IMG/VR virus record: IMGVR_UViG_3300032312_002180 | Location: 1-37,435 of that record | DNA: 37,435 bases | Strand: one strand, 5' to 3' | Origin: a virus | Taxonomy: Duplodnaviria; Caudoviricetes | In this document: piece after piece, positions 25,689 to 35,633 of the stretch | How the letters are laid out: every line of letters starts with the position of its first letter | Position numbering within the stretch: position 1 is the first letter of the stretch | Made by a program: the position numbers and the translations under genes | Notes under the pieces: model-generated | Told to the model about the DNA's origin: nothing | Databases searched by the model: none | Seen by the model: the letters and a program-made list of their open reading frames with translations, nothing else

Positions 25689-27190
25689 TATTTTTTATTT
25701 ACAATTTGGAAAGATAATTGTTTTTTATAAGTATCAACTTCACCACTAATATTAACTTTTATGTCTATGTAATATTGGTTAGGTATTTTGTCTCTTGTAT
25801 CAAAAATAAAATAATATTCATTTGGAGTCCTATTTATTTTCGTCCAATCTTGAACCTGTACTTCTGTATTTCCTTCTCTAACATATATTCTGTAGAACGC
25901 GTCTATGTTTTGTAGTAGTTGTTGGGTAGTGTAAGCCTTTTTGATTGTAACACCAACTTTTCTAATATCAGTGTTAAGTATTTTTTCATCTTGTAAAATT
26001 CCATAAAAATCAAAACCAAACTTTTCGGGTTCTCTTGTAAGTGAACCTATTTGTATTTTACTTGAATAATTTTTAAGTATAAATTGATTTGTAACATTAG
26101 GTATTGATTGTCCGTTTATCGTTAATCCTGACCAAATGTCAAAAAATTCACATGGAGATGTATATGCACTAAATCCGTTAGGAACTACTACCTCATAAAC
26201 TCCCTTTGTCCTCAAACAAGTACTCAAAGAACCCATACTTGGAACCACACTACCCGCTCTATCTTCGATTCTAACATATGGTGTAGAATCTAAATTTACA
26301 GGTATTCCATTTTCAAATACATAGAGGTATAATTTATTTACCTGATTTTTAACAAAAGTATTTCTGTCGTCTAAAATTAAATCGTCATAATCGGTAGACA
26401 GATATGGTTGATAAAAGGTTTGTGTATGACGAGTAAAAAATCCAACAGAATATGAGTCAGTTAATCCTGTAACGTTTTCCATGTCTGGTTTATATGCAAC
26501 CCCCCATCCTGTCACACCTGTTATTGTTCCGAATATGATACCATTGATTTCATTAGTCATATCAAAATTGATATCTTCATTACCAAATTGGAAATGTTGT
26601 GTGTCGACAATAGTTAGTGCAGAATAATTAACCGTTCCTTGATTTTTATTGTTATATATACCATTTTCTGACCAACCAGATAAGTTTGTATTTTTATACC
26701 AATTTGATGGTCTTGTTGAATAGGACCTATCGTCTACGTATGTAATAGGATATAAACCACCATTAATACCGTTTTGATTGTTATTTGTTTCTGTAAAATC
26801 ATATCCGACACCTTCATCCCATAATTGTGGTAAACCTGTGCTTCCTGATATTTTTGGTATTCTGAATAAAATTAAATCAAAAGAAGATGCTCTTCTTCTA
26901 CCATCAGACATCTCAGTATTTAAAAGTTCTTGTTCAAATGAAGAAGTGTTCGTCATCTGAAGTGTGTGTGTCATAGCTGAAGTACAACCAGTAGAAATAT
27001 CACCCGATTCTAATTTTTCTCTAAGTAAGTCCAAATCTAAATCGAAGATAAATCTGGTGTAACCGTAATTTGGGACTACCCAACCCGAAGAACCAAAATT
27101 TAATTGCGTAACAGGGTTTCTACCTGTATTGGCATAGGAGTTGGAAATGATTGTGTTATTTTTGTTAATATATGACCTTAATAATGACAT
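25688..27190 (-). CDS. Probable virion structural protein (beta-rich, DNRLRE-like N-domain)
   Basis: YTRFIFDL, WDEGVGYD and FFTRHT..PYL patterns; next to the spike gene; TATTTATG upstream (27208-27201). Confidence 0.55.
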   Translation of the reverse strand: MSLLRSYINKNNTIISNSYANTGRNPVTQLNFGSSGWVVPNYGYTRFIFDLDLDLLREKLESGDISTGCTSAMTHTLQMTNTSSFEQELLNTEMSDGRRRASSFDLILFRIPKISGSTGLPQLWDEGVGYDFTETNNNQNGINGGLYPITYVDDRSYSTRPSNWYKNTNLSGWSENGIYNNKNQGTVNYSALTIVDTQHFQFGNEDINFDMTNEINGIIFGTITGVTGWGVAYKPDMENVTGLTDSYSVGFFTRHTQTFYQPYLSTDYDDLILDDRNTFVKNQVNKLYLYVFENGIPVNLDSTPYVRIEDRAGSVVPSMGSLSTCLRTKGVYEVVVPNGFSAYTSPCEFFDIWSGLTINGQSIPNVTNQFILKNYSSKIQIGSLTREPEKFGFDFYGILQDEKILNTDIRKVGVTIKKAYTTQQLLQNIDAFYRIYVREGNTEVQVQDWTKINRTPNEYYFIFDTRDKIPNQYYIDIKVNISGEVDTYKKQLSFQIVNKK

Positions 27191-27208
27191 TATCTTTTAA
27201 CATAAATA

Positions 27209-28729
27209 TCAATTCAATCGTATATTCTCATTCAATATTTTGTTTGCAGCATTTTGAAGTTCTGTCAGTATCTGTGTTGAGGTTGACCCATCATATCCCA
27301 CAGGTAATGGAGGGAGACCAGGAAAGGAATGTGTGTGAGTTATTAGGTATCTAACAATAAGATTTATTAACTCCATCAGTTCTTCTCCTCTAACCAAACT
27401 TGATGTTTTTGGTAATATTTCTGTAACATATTTTGCATCTGAAATACCATATGCAGTGTCACTGAAGTTAATTGGTTCCAAACCAAATTTGTTTGATTGT
27501 TGAGAAAGTAAAAATAATTTATCGGCTCCTAGACTTGCATAAGTTACGGGATTATCCGTATAATCATAAACATTACCTTTGGTTTTTTTAATTGATACTG
27601 GAATACCTACTTTACCTTGAGTGTATATTAATCCATATCCAGCATTTGTTGCGGTATTATTTAATTTAATTTCGCCATAAATCGCTGAGGCATTTTTCTG
27701 CGAAATAGTTCCTGTAGCTGATGTTGATGTGATAACTTCATAAAAAGATGGTGAAGGTCTATAAAATATAGGGAATTTTTGTGACGATGAGAAAATTTCT
27801 CTCCCATTTATCCTATTTTTGGAATTAAGTCTGTTAATTGTTGTGTTAATGAAATTGATAGTATCAGACATCGGTAATGCTCTGAACTCCTCAACCAATA
27901 TTAGTGATTTTAAATCATCTATATTAGAATCAACTTTTAAATTTTTAGAATTGACTCTAGTATCGGGTTTTAATTTATAGAGATAGACATACCCACTAAA
28001 CGCGTTTTGACCTGTTTGAGAATTTATTTCATTTTCAGGATTTATAATTACATATTCAATCAAATAGTTTGACAATACAATATTTTCAAATATTTCTGAA
28101 AAAACTTTTTGAGCCCTCAATACCCTATTTCCATCGAATTTTGTGAGCTGTAGAAAAGCTCCTTTATTATTTACAACAGGCGGAAAATTAGGTTGGAAAT
28201 TACCTTTGATTTTATTTGCTCTAATCAGTACTCCATTTTCTTTAACAATTATATCTGAATTTCCTCTACCCAATATTGCATTGTCACCTGGTTCAGGAAA
28301 AACACCTTTTGATGCACTATTTGGATATGTACCATCTTGATTTTTAACTGGTATCGGGTCAGTGTATTGTACACCAATACCTGTGAATTTTTGAGAACCA
28401 ACAAAGTATTCAAATGGTGCCCTATTAGGGCTGGAAAACATTGCTTGTATGTAGAACTGATTTCTATACTTAAACTCATTGTTATAATATAGAACATTTA
28501 TTAACTCTTCCACTTTTGGAACCTGATAAATGAAGAAAGGTAGAAGTGGGTTGAAAATGAATGGGTCTCTAGCTGTCCATGCATCTTTTTCCTCGTTAAA
28601 CGGAGGGTTTCTAATACTTTTTACAATATCGGAATAGTTGTCAGATATTAATTTAGCTCTGACTCTACCTAACATAAGAGGGTCTTGATTATCAAGAACA
28701 ACACATTGATATAAAAGTTGATTACTCAT
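27209..28729 (-). CDS. Baseplate hub / central spike protein (gp5/gpV-like)
   Basis: N-terminal OB-fold motif VVLDNQDPLMLGRVRAK and VPKVEELI; C-terminal LVRGEEL...THTH (HxH metal-binding tip). Confidence 0.78.
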   Translation of the reverse strand: MSNQLLYQCVVLDNQDPLMLGRVRAKLISDNYSDIVKSIRNPPFNEEKDAWTARDPFIFNPLLPFFIYQVPKVEELINVLYYNNEFKYRNQFYIQAMFSSPNRAPFEYFVGSQKFTGIGVQYTDPIPVKNQDGTYPNSASKGVFPEPGDNAILGRGNSDIIVKENGVLIRANKIKGNFQPNFPPVVNNKGAFLQLTKFDGNRVLRAQKVFSEIFENIVLSNYLIEYVIINPENEINSQTGQNAFSGYVYLYKLKPDTRVNSKNLKVDSNIDDLKSLILVEEFRALPMSDTINFINTTINRLNSKNRINGREIFSSSQKFPIFYRPSPSFYEVITSTSATGTISQKNASAIYGEIKLNNTATNAGYGLIYTQGKVGIPVSIKKTKGNVYDYTDNPVTYASLGADKLFLLSQQSNKFGLEPINFSDTAYGISDAKYVTEILPKTSSLVRGEELMELINLIVRYLITHTHSFPGLPPLPVGYDGSTSTQILTELQNAANKILNENIRLN

Positions 28730-28931
28730 TATTTCTTGATTGGTATTCTTTTAACATAGAATTGTATAATTCTTCTAATTTATCTAAATAATAAGACATG
28801 TTTATTAAATTAGACTTAGTTGTTTCAAAATCTTTTGTTACGATATCCATATATTCTATTATTTTCGAATTTGGAATATTTTTAATGTTTTTTTGTTCTG
28901 ATAATATATTATCAAAGTCTTCTTTAGTCAT
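28722..28931 (-). CDS. Small coiled-coil hypothetical protein
   Basis: ATG 28931 lies just after the upstream stop; overlaps the spike start. Confidence 0.7.
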   Translation of the reverse strand: MTKEDFDNILSEQKNIKNIPNSKIIEYMDIVTKDFETTKSNLINMSYYLDKLEELYNSMLKEYQSRNNE

Positions 28932-28932
28932 A

Positions 28933-31035
28933 TTAAATCTTTTTACCAACAGTTGATATTAGTCCGAAAGGTGGTGGAAGTTTAACTGCAGTTTCAACCT
29001 TACCATTATCAGACTCTTCTTTATCTATACCTGTAATCACTGATTTGACGAATAAATTCATTAAATTAATTTCACCGCCAGGCAAAGCACCTGTGGGTAT
29101 ACCTAATTTTTGTAATTGTTGTATCGTATTTAAAGTAGCTCTTTCAGGTGAAAATCCTGGAAGTAAAAATGCCAACAAATTCAAAAATGCGGGTATTCTA
29201 AATACTGAATTTCCACGATAAGAACTAATCAAGTTCAACAATAAACTTATTTCATCTAACAATGACTTGCACTTTCTGTAATCAGTAATAAATCTTGCAA
29301 CAACATATGCCAGCTGAACCAACTTTAAAATTATTGCATATTGTTTTGCGGTTTGGGTTCTTTGTATATCTCGTATAATAACTGTTAATAAATTAAAAAT
29401 ATCTCGTTTGAGTAATTCAAAAAGTGTTTCAACAAATAAGGCACCTATCTTTGTTACAAATGAGATAATGAAACTTTTATACTTTTTTATAAAGTCTACT
29501 GCATTTGAAATGACATTATCTACTTGTTGTCCAACTGTGGTTCCAGATTGTAAGAAGGTATTTGCAGAACTAATTACGTTGTTTACAGATGATATTGAAT
29601 TATTTAATTGATTTACCGCACCACTTTGTACCTCATTCAACATAACAAATAACGGTAATAATGCCTTTGGACTCAAAACTGCGGAAGCCAATGCGATTGG
29701 TAAATTTTTTATGAAGTCTCTGTTTATTGAAACTTCTAAAGACGCACTGTTTGGTACTAAAATTTTCCATTTAGCAAATATGGATTCCACAATGTTATCC
29801 ATAGAATTAACTAACTCATCGTTAGTTTTTCCAGAACTTTGTGATGCAAATTTGGTTATTTCATCAGCTATTGCATCAGCATCTACCGGAAGTTTAATAT
29901 TGTCGCAATCTTGAAATACCGCTACACCTTGTTGTACGTTGGATATCTGTAATTCGATATTTCGTAAATCTACTTCTGTAAATTCAAAAAAACTTTCGTC
30001 TACTCCGTCTAACTCTCCTATTTTGGAAATCCCACTAACGTCTATTTCTCGTCTGTCGTCAAAACAAAGTCCCAAAATTCTTTGTAACAAAAGTGCAAAC
30101 TTACTTTGTGTGTCTATTTCACCGACACCTATTTTACCTTTAATCGATACAAAACCTACCATATAGTTAATCAGTACCGCCATAACCTGTGGAAAACTAA
30201 CAAGTCTTATTGTTGAATAATAATCAGTTATGAATTGTCCTACCTGATTGATTGGGTATCCAGAGGTTGTATTTGATGTTCCTCTATCCAATAAAAAAAG
30301 TCTAAAATAGCTACCAGTAACATCATATGAGTTCGATTCGGTAAAATTCAAATCGAACAAATTTTTTCCCGATTTACCAAAATAATATTTACCGTAATAA
30401 TCATTATAAGTTTGACCGGGAGATAAACTCATTCCTCTTAACATTCGATTGACAGGAAACTTAATTTTACCTCCGTATGGAACAAACTTATCGCTAGTTG
30501 ATGGTGTTTCATTTTCATAAAACATTTTACCCAAAACACTAGACGTATCCAATTTTAACATACCTAATAAATCGATACTCTCCAAAGGAACATAATTGCC
30601 ATCGCTTTTTGGTAATAAACTTAAAGAAGCAACTGCGGTGTTGTTTGGTGAAATACCTTTATATGTTTGTTCTTGAGAACAACCTAAGGCCTTGATAACT
30701 TCTTTTGTTAGTATTTCGGTTATTTTAGGTTCTATTGTAACTAAAGTCTGTAATAGTGCTCTCCTTAGATATTTGAATGTTTCAGGTCCACTTCCTCTTG
30801 TTGTTGTCAACAAATCCACCATTCTATCCATAGAATTTGGTGCGTCTCTCTGATACCTTTTTTGTTGTTCGCTTATTTTATTCAGTTGAGACGACACATT
30901 ATCTCCAACTTTACTGAAAGAACTACCACCTTTTTTTAATATTTGCTTTTCTGCGTTGGAAGTTTCGTTGTAGTCCTTCAACGCCTTAATAGAACTTTCA
31001 ATATTCTGTTGTTGTTGATTTAAATCTAAACCCAT
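28933..31035 (-). CDS. Large helical hypothetical protein (700 aa), probably baseplate/tail associated
   Basis: Operonic with the spike gene; several hydrophobic or amphipathic helices. Confidence 0.65.
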   Translation of the reverse strand: MGLDLNQQQQNIESSIKALKDYNETSNAEKQILKKGGSSFSKVGDNVSSQLNKISEQQKRYQRDAPNSMDRMVDLLTTTRGSGPETFKYLRRALLQTLVTIEPKITEILTKEVIKALGCSQEQTYKGISPNNTAVASLSLLPKSDGNYVPLESIDLLGMLKLDTSSVLGKMFYENETPSTSDKFVPYGGKIKFPVNRMLRGMSLSPGQTYNDYYGKYYFGKSGKNLFDLNFTESNSYDVTGSYFRLFLLDRGTSNTTSGYPINQVGQFITDYYSTIRLVSFPQVMAVLINYMVGFVSIKGKIGVGEIDTQSKFALLLQRILGLCFDDRREIDVSGISKIGELDGVDESFFEFTEVDLRNIELQISNVQQGVAVFQDCDNIKLPVDADAIADEITKFASQSSGKTNDELVNSMDNIVESIFAKWKILVPNSASLEVSINRDFIKNLPIALASAVLSPKALLPLFVMLNEVQSGAVNQLNNSISSVNNVISSANTFLQSGTTVGQQVDNVISNAVDFIKKYKSFIISFVTKIGALFVETLFELLKRDIFNLLTVIIRDIQRTQTAKQYAIILKLVQLAYVVARFITDYRKCKSLLDEISLLLNLISSYRGNSVFRIPAFLNLLAFLLPGFSPERATLNTIQQLQKLGIPTGALPGGEINLMNLFVKSVITGIDKEESDNGKVETAVKLPPPFGLISTVGKKI

Positions 31036-31040
31036 ATAAA

Positions 31041-31403
31041 TTAAATTTTATAGGACTTCTCATCATTTGAAACGTCTTTTTCTATTAGATTTTGTATTAA
31101 ATCATCATCCAAATCTGCCAACGAAAACGATTCGGTCGAATTGTTTGATTTTTCCCATATTGACGATTGTAATTTTGAAAGACTAAGTTTCTTTTCGACA
31201 CAATCATTTATTATTTTCTGTTGTTTTTCTATAACAGGTCCTATAAGAGTCATATCCTCAGGGTCTTTCATCATAGATAACATTTTATTTTGAATCCTGA
31301 TTGCGGTATTCCTTTGTTCAACCAATTCGTTGTATATTTCTTGCATTAACGCAAGAATGCTGTCTTTCGTAAAATTTATTTCTTTTCTTTGAGGTTTAGG
31401 CAT
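31041..31403 (-). CDS. Hypothetical coiled-coil protein (120 aa)
   Basis: Clean ORF; TATTTATA (31414-31407) 3 nt upstream. Confidence 0.75.
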   Translation of the reverse strand: MPKPQRKEINFTKDSILALMQEIYNELVEQRNTAIRIQNKMLSMMKDPEDMTLIGPVIEKQQKIINDCVEKKLSLSKLQSSIWEKSNNSTESFSLADLDDDLIQNLIEKDVSNDEKSYKI

Positions 31404-31418
31404 ACCTATAAATAGTTT

Positions 31419-32168
31419 TCAATAGTTTTTTAATCTAGTCTGGGTAAAAACATAAAGTTTTTTAAACTTTTTTATGGATGTACGTATTTCTTTTGTTGAA
31501 AGATTTGTCATCTCTCTCAATGACAGTAAAATAATGTTTTTATTAAACTTGTTATTATCAGTGCTAGAAAATATTGTATCGTAATTATCGAATAGGTCAA
31601 CCAAAGCAAACCCTAATCTTTTTTCATTGTCGTTTAAATTCTCTTTATCTATAAATTCTTTTAACTCTTTTGTATAAACTGATATAACAAAATCCATACC
31701 TAATATATCATTGTCTATTGTGTATATCATGTCAGGTCTTTGTTCCAACGACGATGAAACATCTTCGTAAGAAATTTTTCTATTTGTTTCTTTTTGGTCT
31801 TTGATAATTTGACCCATTAAATAATTTTTACATATCGTACCGAAATACGAATATGCTTTTTTATTTTTTGAAGGTTTGAATTTATCTACTTTAGTCATCA
31901 GAAATGAATGAGTATCGGCATGGATTTCTTGAAAATCCATATCTTTTCTGTATAACTTATACCTACGTATGATAGATGAAATCATCTTATCTAAAGGTCC
32001 CCTTAAGAATTTATTGTATATTTTGTTTTTTTCTTCGGATGTTGTTGCAACTAAAAAGTTCCTAACGGCATCTTCTTCTCTGATATCAAAATAATTTTCT
32101 TTTTGGGGTTTTCTACCTCTTTTTTTTGATGATTCATCCTCTGTTGTTGATGACAGATTAATTAACAT
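31419..32168 (-). CDS. Late-transcription sigma factor (T4 gp55-like, sigma70 region 2)
   Basis: ENYF...KVDKFKPSKNKKAYSYFGTICKNYL..IIKDQK resembles sigma region 2.2-2.4 and the gp55 pattern. Confidence 0.65.
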   Translation of the reverse strand: MLINLSSTTEDESSKKRGRKPQKENYFDIREEDAVRNFLVATTSEEKNKIYNKFLRGPLDKMISSIIRRYKLYRKDMDFQEIHADTHSFLMTKVDKFKPSKNKKAYSYFGTICKNYLMGQIIKDQKETNRKISYEDVSSSLEQRPDMIYTIDNDILGMDFVISVYTKELKEFIDKENLNDNEKRLGFALVDLFDNYDTIFSSTDNNKFNKNIILLSLREMTNLSTKEIRTSIKKFKKLYVFTQTRLKNY

Positions 32169-32971
32169 TAATCAGTTTGTGATTCATATTTTATGGTTCT
32201 ATCCTCCGCGAAAAAATATTCCTTTTTTGCGGTTTGTATCCAAAATTTGACTTCTTCTTCTAACATCCTTTCACTTGAGTTTTTGTAATTCCAAAAAATA
32301 GAACCTTCTCTCAAATTAAGATGCTTATACCCCAATCTAGGTATTGTCATTATTGATACGGAATTATATGTTAATCTCAATAAAAATTCATATACAAATG
32401 TTAGTTTTATTGACGGTTTAAACCCACCAAAATCTTCAATAACTTGTTTTTTATATACCGCTCCTGCAGATTGAAAATTTTGATATGTGTGTAAAGTTTC
32501 GTTAGTTAAGTATCCCATTTCCTGACTGAAATTTGCTGCAAATGTTGCTTCATTTGTGAATCCGGCAAAACCACCCTTATCATCAACGTCAACAACTACA
32601 GGGAGAAAAACTTGAACTTTTGGAAAAGCTTTTATGTACTTTTTTACGTTTTTAAACCATATTGCGGAATACTCATCGTCAAATTCAAAAAATGAAACCC
32701 AATCTCCGGTAGAAGCTTTAACTCCTTCATTGATTTGGTCACCGTAATTAGGTGATTTGGAATACAGTACTTTTTTTATCTCAAGTTCTCCGAAATCAAA
32801 TTTGTCCAAAAAAGAAGTTAATTGCTCTTCAGCTGTATGGACGATAACTAACTCTTTAGGTTGAACATCATTTTTTTTGATAGACTCAATGGCTTTTGTA
32901 AAAAAATCTTCGAAGTCTTTAACTACTGCCGATTTCAAAGGTAAAATTATTGATAGTGAAATATTGTCCAT
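32168..32971 (-). CDS. Glycosyltransferase family 2 (GT-A fold)
   Basis: LSIILP, AIESI, ELVIV, INEGVKASTGDWVSFFEFDD, FGGF. Confidence 0.82.
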   Translation of the reverse strand: MDNISLSIILPLKSAVVKDFEDFFTKAIESIKKNDVQPKELVIVHTAEEQLTSFLDKFDFGELEIKKVLYSKSPNYGDQINEGVKASTGDWVSFFEFDDEYSAIWFKNVKKYIKAFPKVQVFLPVVVDVDDKGGFAGFTNEATFAANFSQEMGYLTNETLHTYQNFQSAGAVYKKQVIEDFGGFKPSIKLTFVYEFLLRLTYNSVSIMTIPRLGYKHLNLREGSIFWNYKNSSERMLEEEVKFWIQTAKKEYFFAEDRTIKYESQTD

Positions 32972-32972
32972 A

Positions 32973-34028
32973 TTATTCTTCTATTTTAGAGATTTGTAAC
33001 TCGAATGCCTCAAGTCTTGTGTTTATGTATTTACTGAATAATTCAATCGTTTCTTCTTTGAATTTTTCTTGATTTTGATATTCTTTAGCAGTTTCACTCA
33101 TTCCTGAATAGAGCTCGGGTTTAATGTTATCCTCCAACCAATTTTGTGCAAAATCTGCTATAAAGTCTGTCATTAAAACTAAATCATCCACCCATATCCC
33201 ATTATCATCCTTCATCCAAACAGGTTGCATGTCTGGTAATAATCCTATTAAAGGAACTCCTGTTGCCATACACTCTAATGGGAAAGTTCCAAATCCGCTT
33301 TCTCTGTCAATCCAAACACCCAAGAAACATTCTTTCAGGGAGTTTGCAAATTCTTTTTCACTCAGTCCTCTCATGTCTCTAAATGTAAACCATCTATATT
33401 GAGGAAATTTGAGATAAAAGGTTTTTATTAAATTAATTGTCTCTGATTGTTCTCTAGAATGAACGGCGATTACAGGCATTGGTGGTATTCCATTATTTGT
33501 GAATACCTCACTGATTTTGGGTTCTAAGGTATCCACTGAAACTCCCCTCATAACTGATTCAATATATTCTTTTTGTTTTACGGTTGTTGTGATACATTTT
33601 AGAAATCCAAATTGATTCCATGTTTGACCTGGTTGAAGAGTATCTAACATGTATTTATATGATTGTGTTAATACAATTTTACCACAAGGCATGTCTTTTA
33701 TTTGTTCCATAACGTAACCAAAAACTTCAGGTAAAATTATGAAGTCTTCAGGTGATATTTCTAAATTTTGTTGCTCTAATGACTTGTGAGGTATTTTAGT
33801 CATAAAGTCCTCTCCTAACCATTTACCAACACCGAAATAGTCATTTTTTTCATGTAATATTATAGGATTAAATCCGTTGTTTTTTAGATACAAGGCAATT
33901 TGATATATGTATCTTATAGAGCCTTTGGCGTTTCCTTTTGTATCTTGAACCATGAAGTATAACCTACATTTTTTAGACCTGAGGTTTTCTATAGATATCA
34001 AAATTTTTTCTTTGAGATTTTTTTCCAT
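32973..34028 (-). CDS. Glycosyltransferase (GT-B fold, GT4-like)
   Basis: ESGFGTFPLECMATGVPLIG matches the EGFGxxxxEAMAxGxPV motif. Confidence 0.78.
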   Translation of the reverse strand: MEKNLKEKILISIENLRSKKCRLYFMVQDTKGNAKGSIRYIYQIALYLKNNGFNPIILHEKNDYFGVGKWLGEDFMTKIPHKSLEQQNLEISPEDFIILPEVFGYVMEQIKDMPCGKIVLTQSYKYMLDTLQPGQTWNQFGFLKCITTTVKQKEYIESVMRGVSVDTLEPKISEVFTNNGIPPMPVIAVHSREQSETINLIKTFYLKFPQYRWFTFRDMRGLSEKEFANSLKECFLGVWIDRESGFGTFPLECMATGVPLIGLLPDMQPVWMKDDNGIWVDDLVLMTDFIADFAQNWLEDNIKPELYSGMSETAKEYQNQEKFKEETIELFSKYINTRLEAFELQISKIEE

Positions 34029-34029
34029 A

Positions 34030-34308
34030 TTAATAATGATTAATTAATTTTTTGTTTAATAATGAATTAAATGCTATTTTGAAGGGTACTGACGTAGAGC
34101 CAGCCGAACTCTTCAAACCTAACTTGTCGTCAATTTCAGCATCCTCAGAAAGAATCACTTCTAATAACATTTTCACAAGCTCAAACTTTATGAGATTAAC
34201 TTTTGCTTCATAATTACCCTCCGTATTTTTTTCAAGCTCACCCATGTCGAGGTATTTTTCTATTTCATCTAAATCGATGAAATAATTTTCATTTAAAACT
34301 TTTATCAT
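34030..34308 (-). CDS. Hypothetical protein (92 aa)
   Basis: Operonic ORF. Confidence 0.75.
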   Translation of the reverse strand: MIKVLNENYFIDLDEIEKYLDMGELEKNTEGNYEAKVNLIKFELVKMLLEVILSEDAEIDDKLGLKSSAGSTSVPFKIAFNSLLNKKLINHY

Positions 34309-34891
34309 AAATTTGAGTTATTTTTTCTTTTAGTTCTTTAATGTTTTTTATCTCGTATTCTGATTTTATATCGGAATTGTATTTCGTAATGTACTTTATA
34401 ATAAACTTGTTTTCAGGTTTATTCAATAGTAAATCAGGATTTGCGGTAAGTAAAACATCTATTGAGTCCCACATTTGATTTTTAGTTTGTTCTGAATAAA
34501 ATTTTATAGTTTCTACTAAACATCCAAATTTGGATAAGAAAAATAAAGATGCTGGTTTTGATTTACCTATCTCATCAGATACCACGATAATATCGTGATT
34601 ATCTCTCATTTCTAAATAGAAATCATTAAAATCCATCATTCCTGACATTTCAGTAGACCCAGCATGTCCAAAAATTTCCATAGTATATTCTTTATATAAA
34701 AAATCATACACTTCATCTTCGTTATTAAATAACAAGTGACTGAAAATATTTAAGGTCGTTACGTCAGAAATAACCTTTCTCTCAACCGATTCATCTACAT
34801 ATGGATTATCTATATACCATTTTTCATACACGTCTTGAATTTTACCCAATGTATCTCTAAGAACATTATTTATGTCAATTGCAATTCTCAT
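34289..34891 (-). CDS. HAD-fold 5'(3')-deoxyribonucleotidase-like protein with degenerate active site
   Basis: MRIAIDINNVLRD (motif I), IIVVS (II), K (III), DVLLTANP (IV, lacking DD). Confidence 0.68.
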   Translation of the reverse strand: MRIAIDINNVLRDTLGKIQDVYEKWYIDNPYVDESVERKVISDVTTLNIFSHLLFNNEDEVYDFLYKEYTMEIFGHAGSTEMSGMMDFNDFYLEMRDNHDIIVVSDEIGKSKPASLFFLSKFGCLVETIKFYSEQTKNQMWDSIDVLLTANPDLLLNKPENKFIIKYITKYNSDIKSEYEIKNIKELKEKITQIYDKSFK

Positions 34892-35622
34892 TGTTCATAT
34901 CTTTTTAATATTTTTGTTATCAGTGGATTTCTAACAACATCATCATCTCCAAATTCATGAATTCCAATTCTTTCTAAATCTTTGAATCTAACAATTGCAT
35001 CCCATAAACCTGTTTGAGTTTTGTCTTTATGTCTATCAAATTGTTCCAAATCACCCGAAATAAAAAATTTAGAATTAAATCCAATTCTTGTTAAAAGAAG
35101 TTTCATTTGACTTGGGGTTGAGTTTTGGGATTCTTCAAATATTAATATAGAATTATCAATATTCATACCTCTCATATACGCTAACGCAAAAACCTCAATA
35201 GCCTCAATCTCTTTTAATTTCTCTCTGTTCTCTTTACCTATAATTTTATTTAATAGATAATAGGACGGGAAAATATAAGGGTCTAGTTTTTCTTCAACAT
35301 TACCTGGTAATGAACCTAATTTTTCTTCAGCCTCAACTGCAGGTCTAACAATTATTATTTTTTCATATGGTGTTGATGGGTCCGACAATAAATCTACCGC
35401 AGATTTCATGGCAATATAACTCTTACCAACACCGGCCGGTCCAGAACAAATAGTTATTTCACTATTAATTAATTTATCATAATAAACTCTTTGACTTTCA
35501 GAAAGAAATTTTTCTTTGGTTTTCCTTTTTATTATAGAACAAATCAATTCTTTTTTTGTTTTTACTACCTTAACATCACTGGTTTGTGTTATTGATGAAT
35601 TAGTTTTCGAAGTTTTACCCAT
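34888..35622 (-). CDS. phoH: PhoH-like ATPase
   Basis: GPAGVGKS, RPAVEA, LGSLPG, AYMRG, LLTRIG, GDLEQFD, DVVRNPL. Confidence 0.93.
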   Translation of the reverse strand: MGKTSKTNSSITQTSDVKVVKTKKELICSIIKRKTKEKFLSESQRVYYDKLINSEITICSGPAGVGKSYIAMKSAVDLLSDPSTPYEKIIIVRPAVEAEEKLGSLPGNVEEKLDPYIFPSYYLLNKIIGKENREKLKEIEAIEVFALAYMRGMNIDNSILIFEESQNSTPSQMKLLLTRIGFNSKFFISGDLEQFDRHKDKTQTGLWDAIVRFKDLERIGIHEFGDDDVVRNPLITKILKRYEQ

Positions 35623-35633
35623 AATTTTATTTA

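Noticed and set aside
24985-33402. Short plus-strand ORFs opposite the minus-strand operon (24985, 25718, 26778, 27172, 28143, 29408, 29711, 29939, 33124)
   Set aside because: Antisense shadows with no motifs or expression signals.
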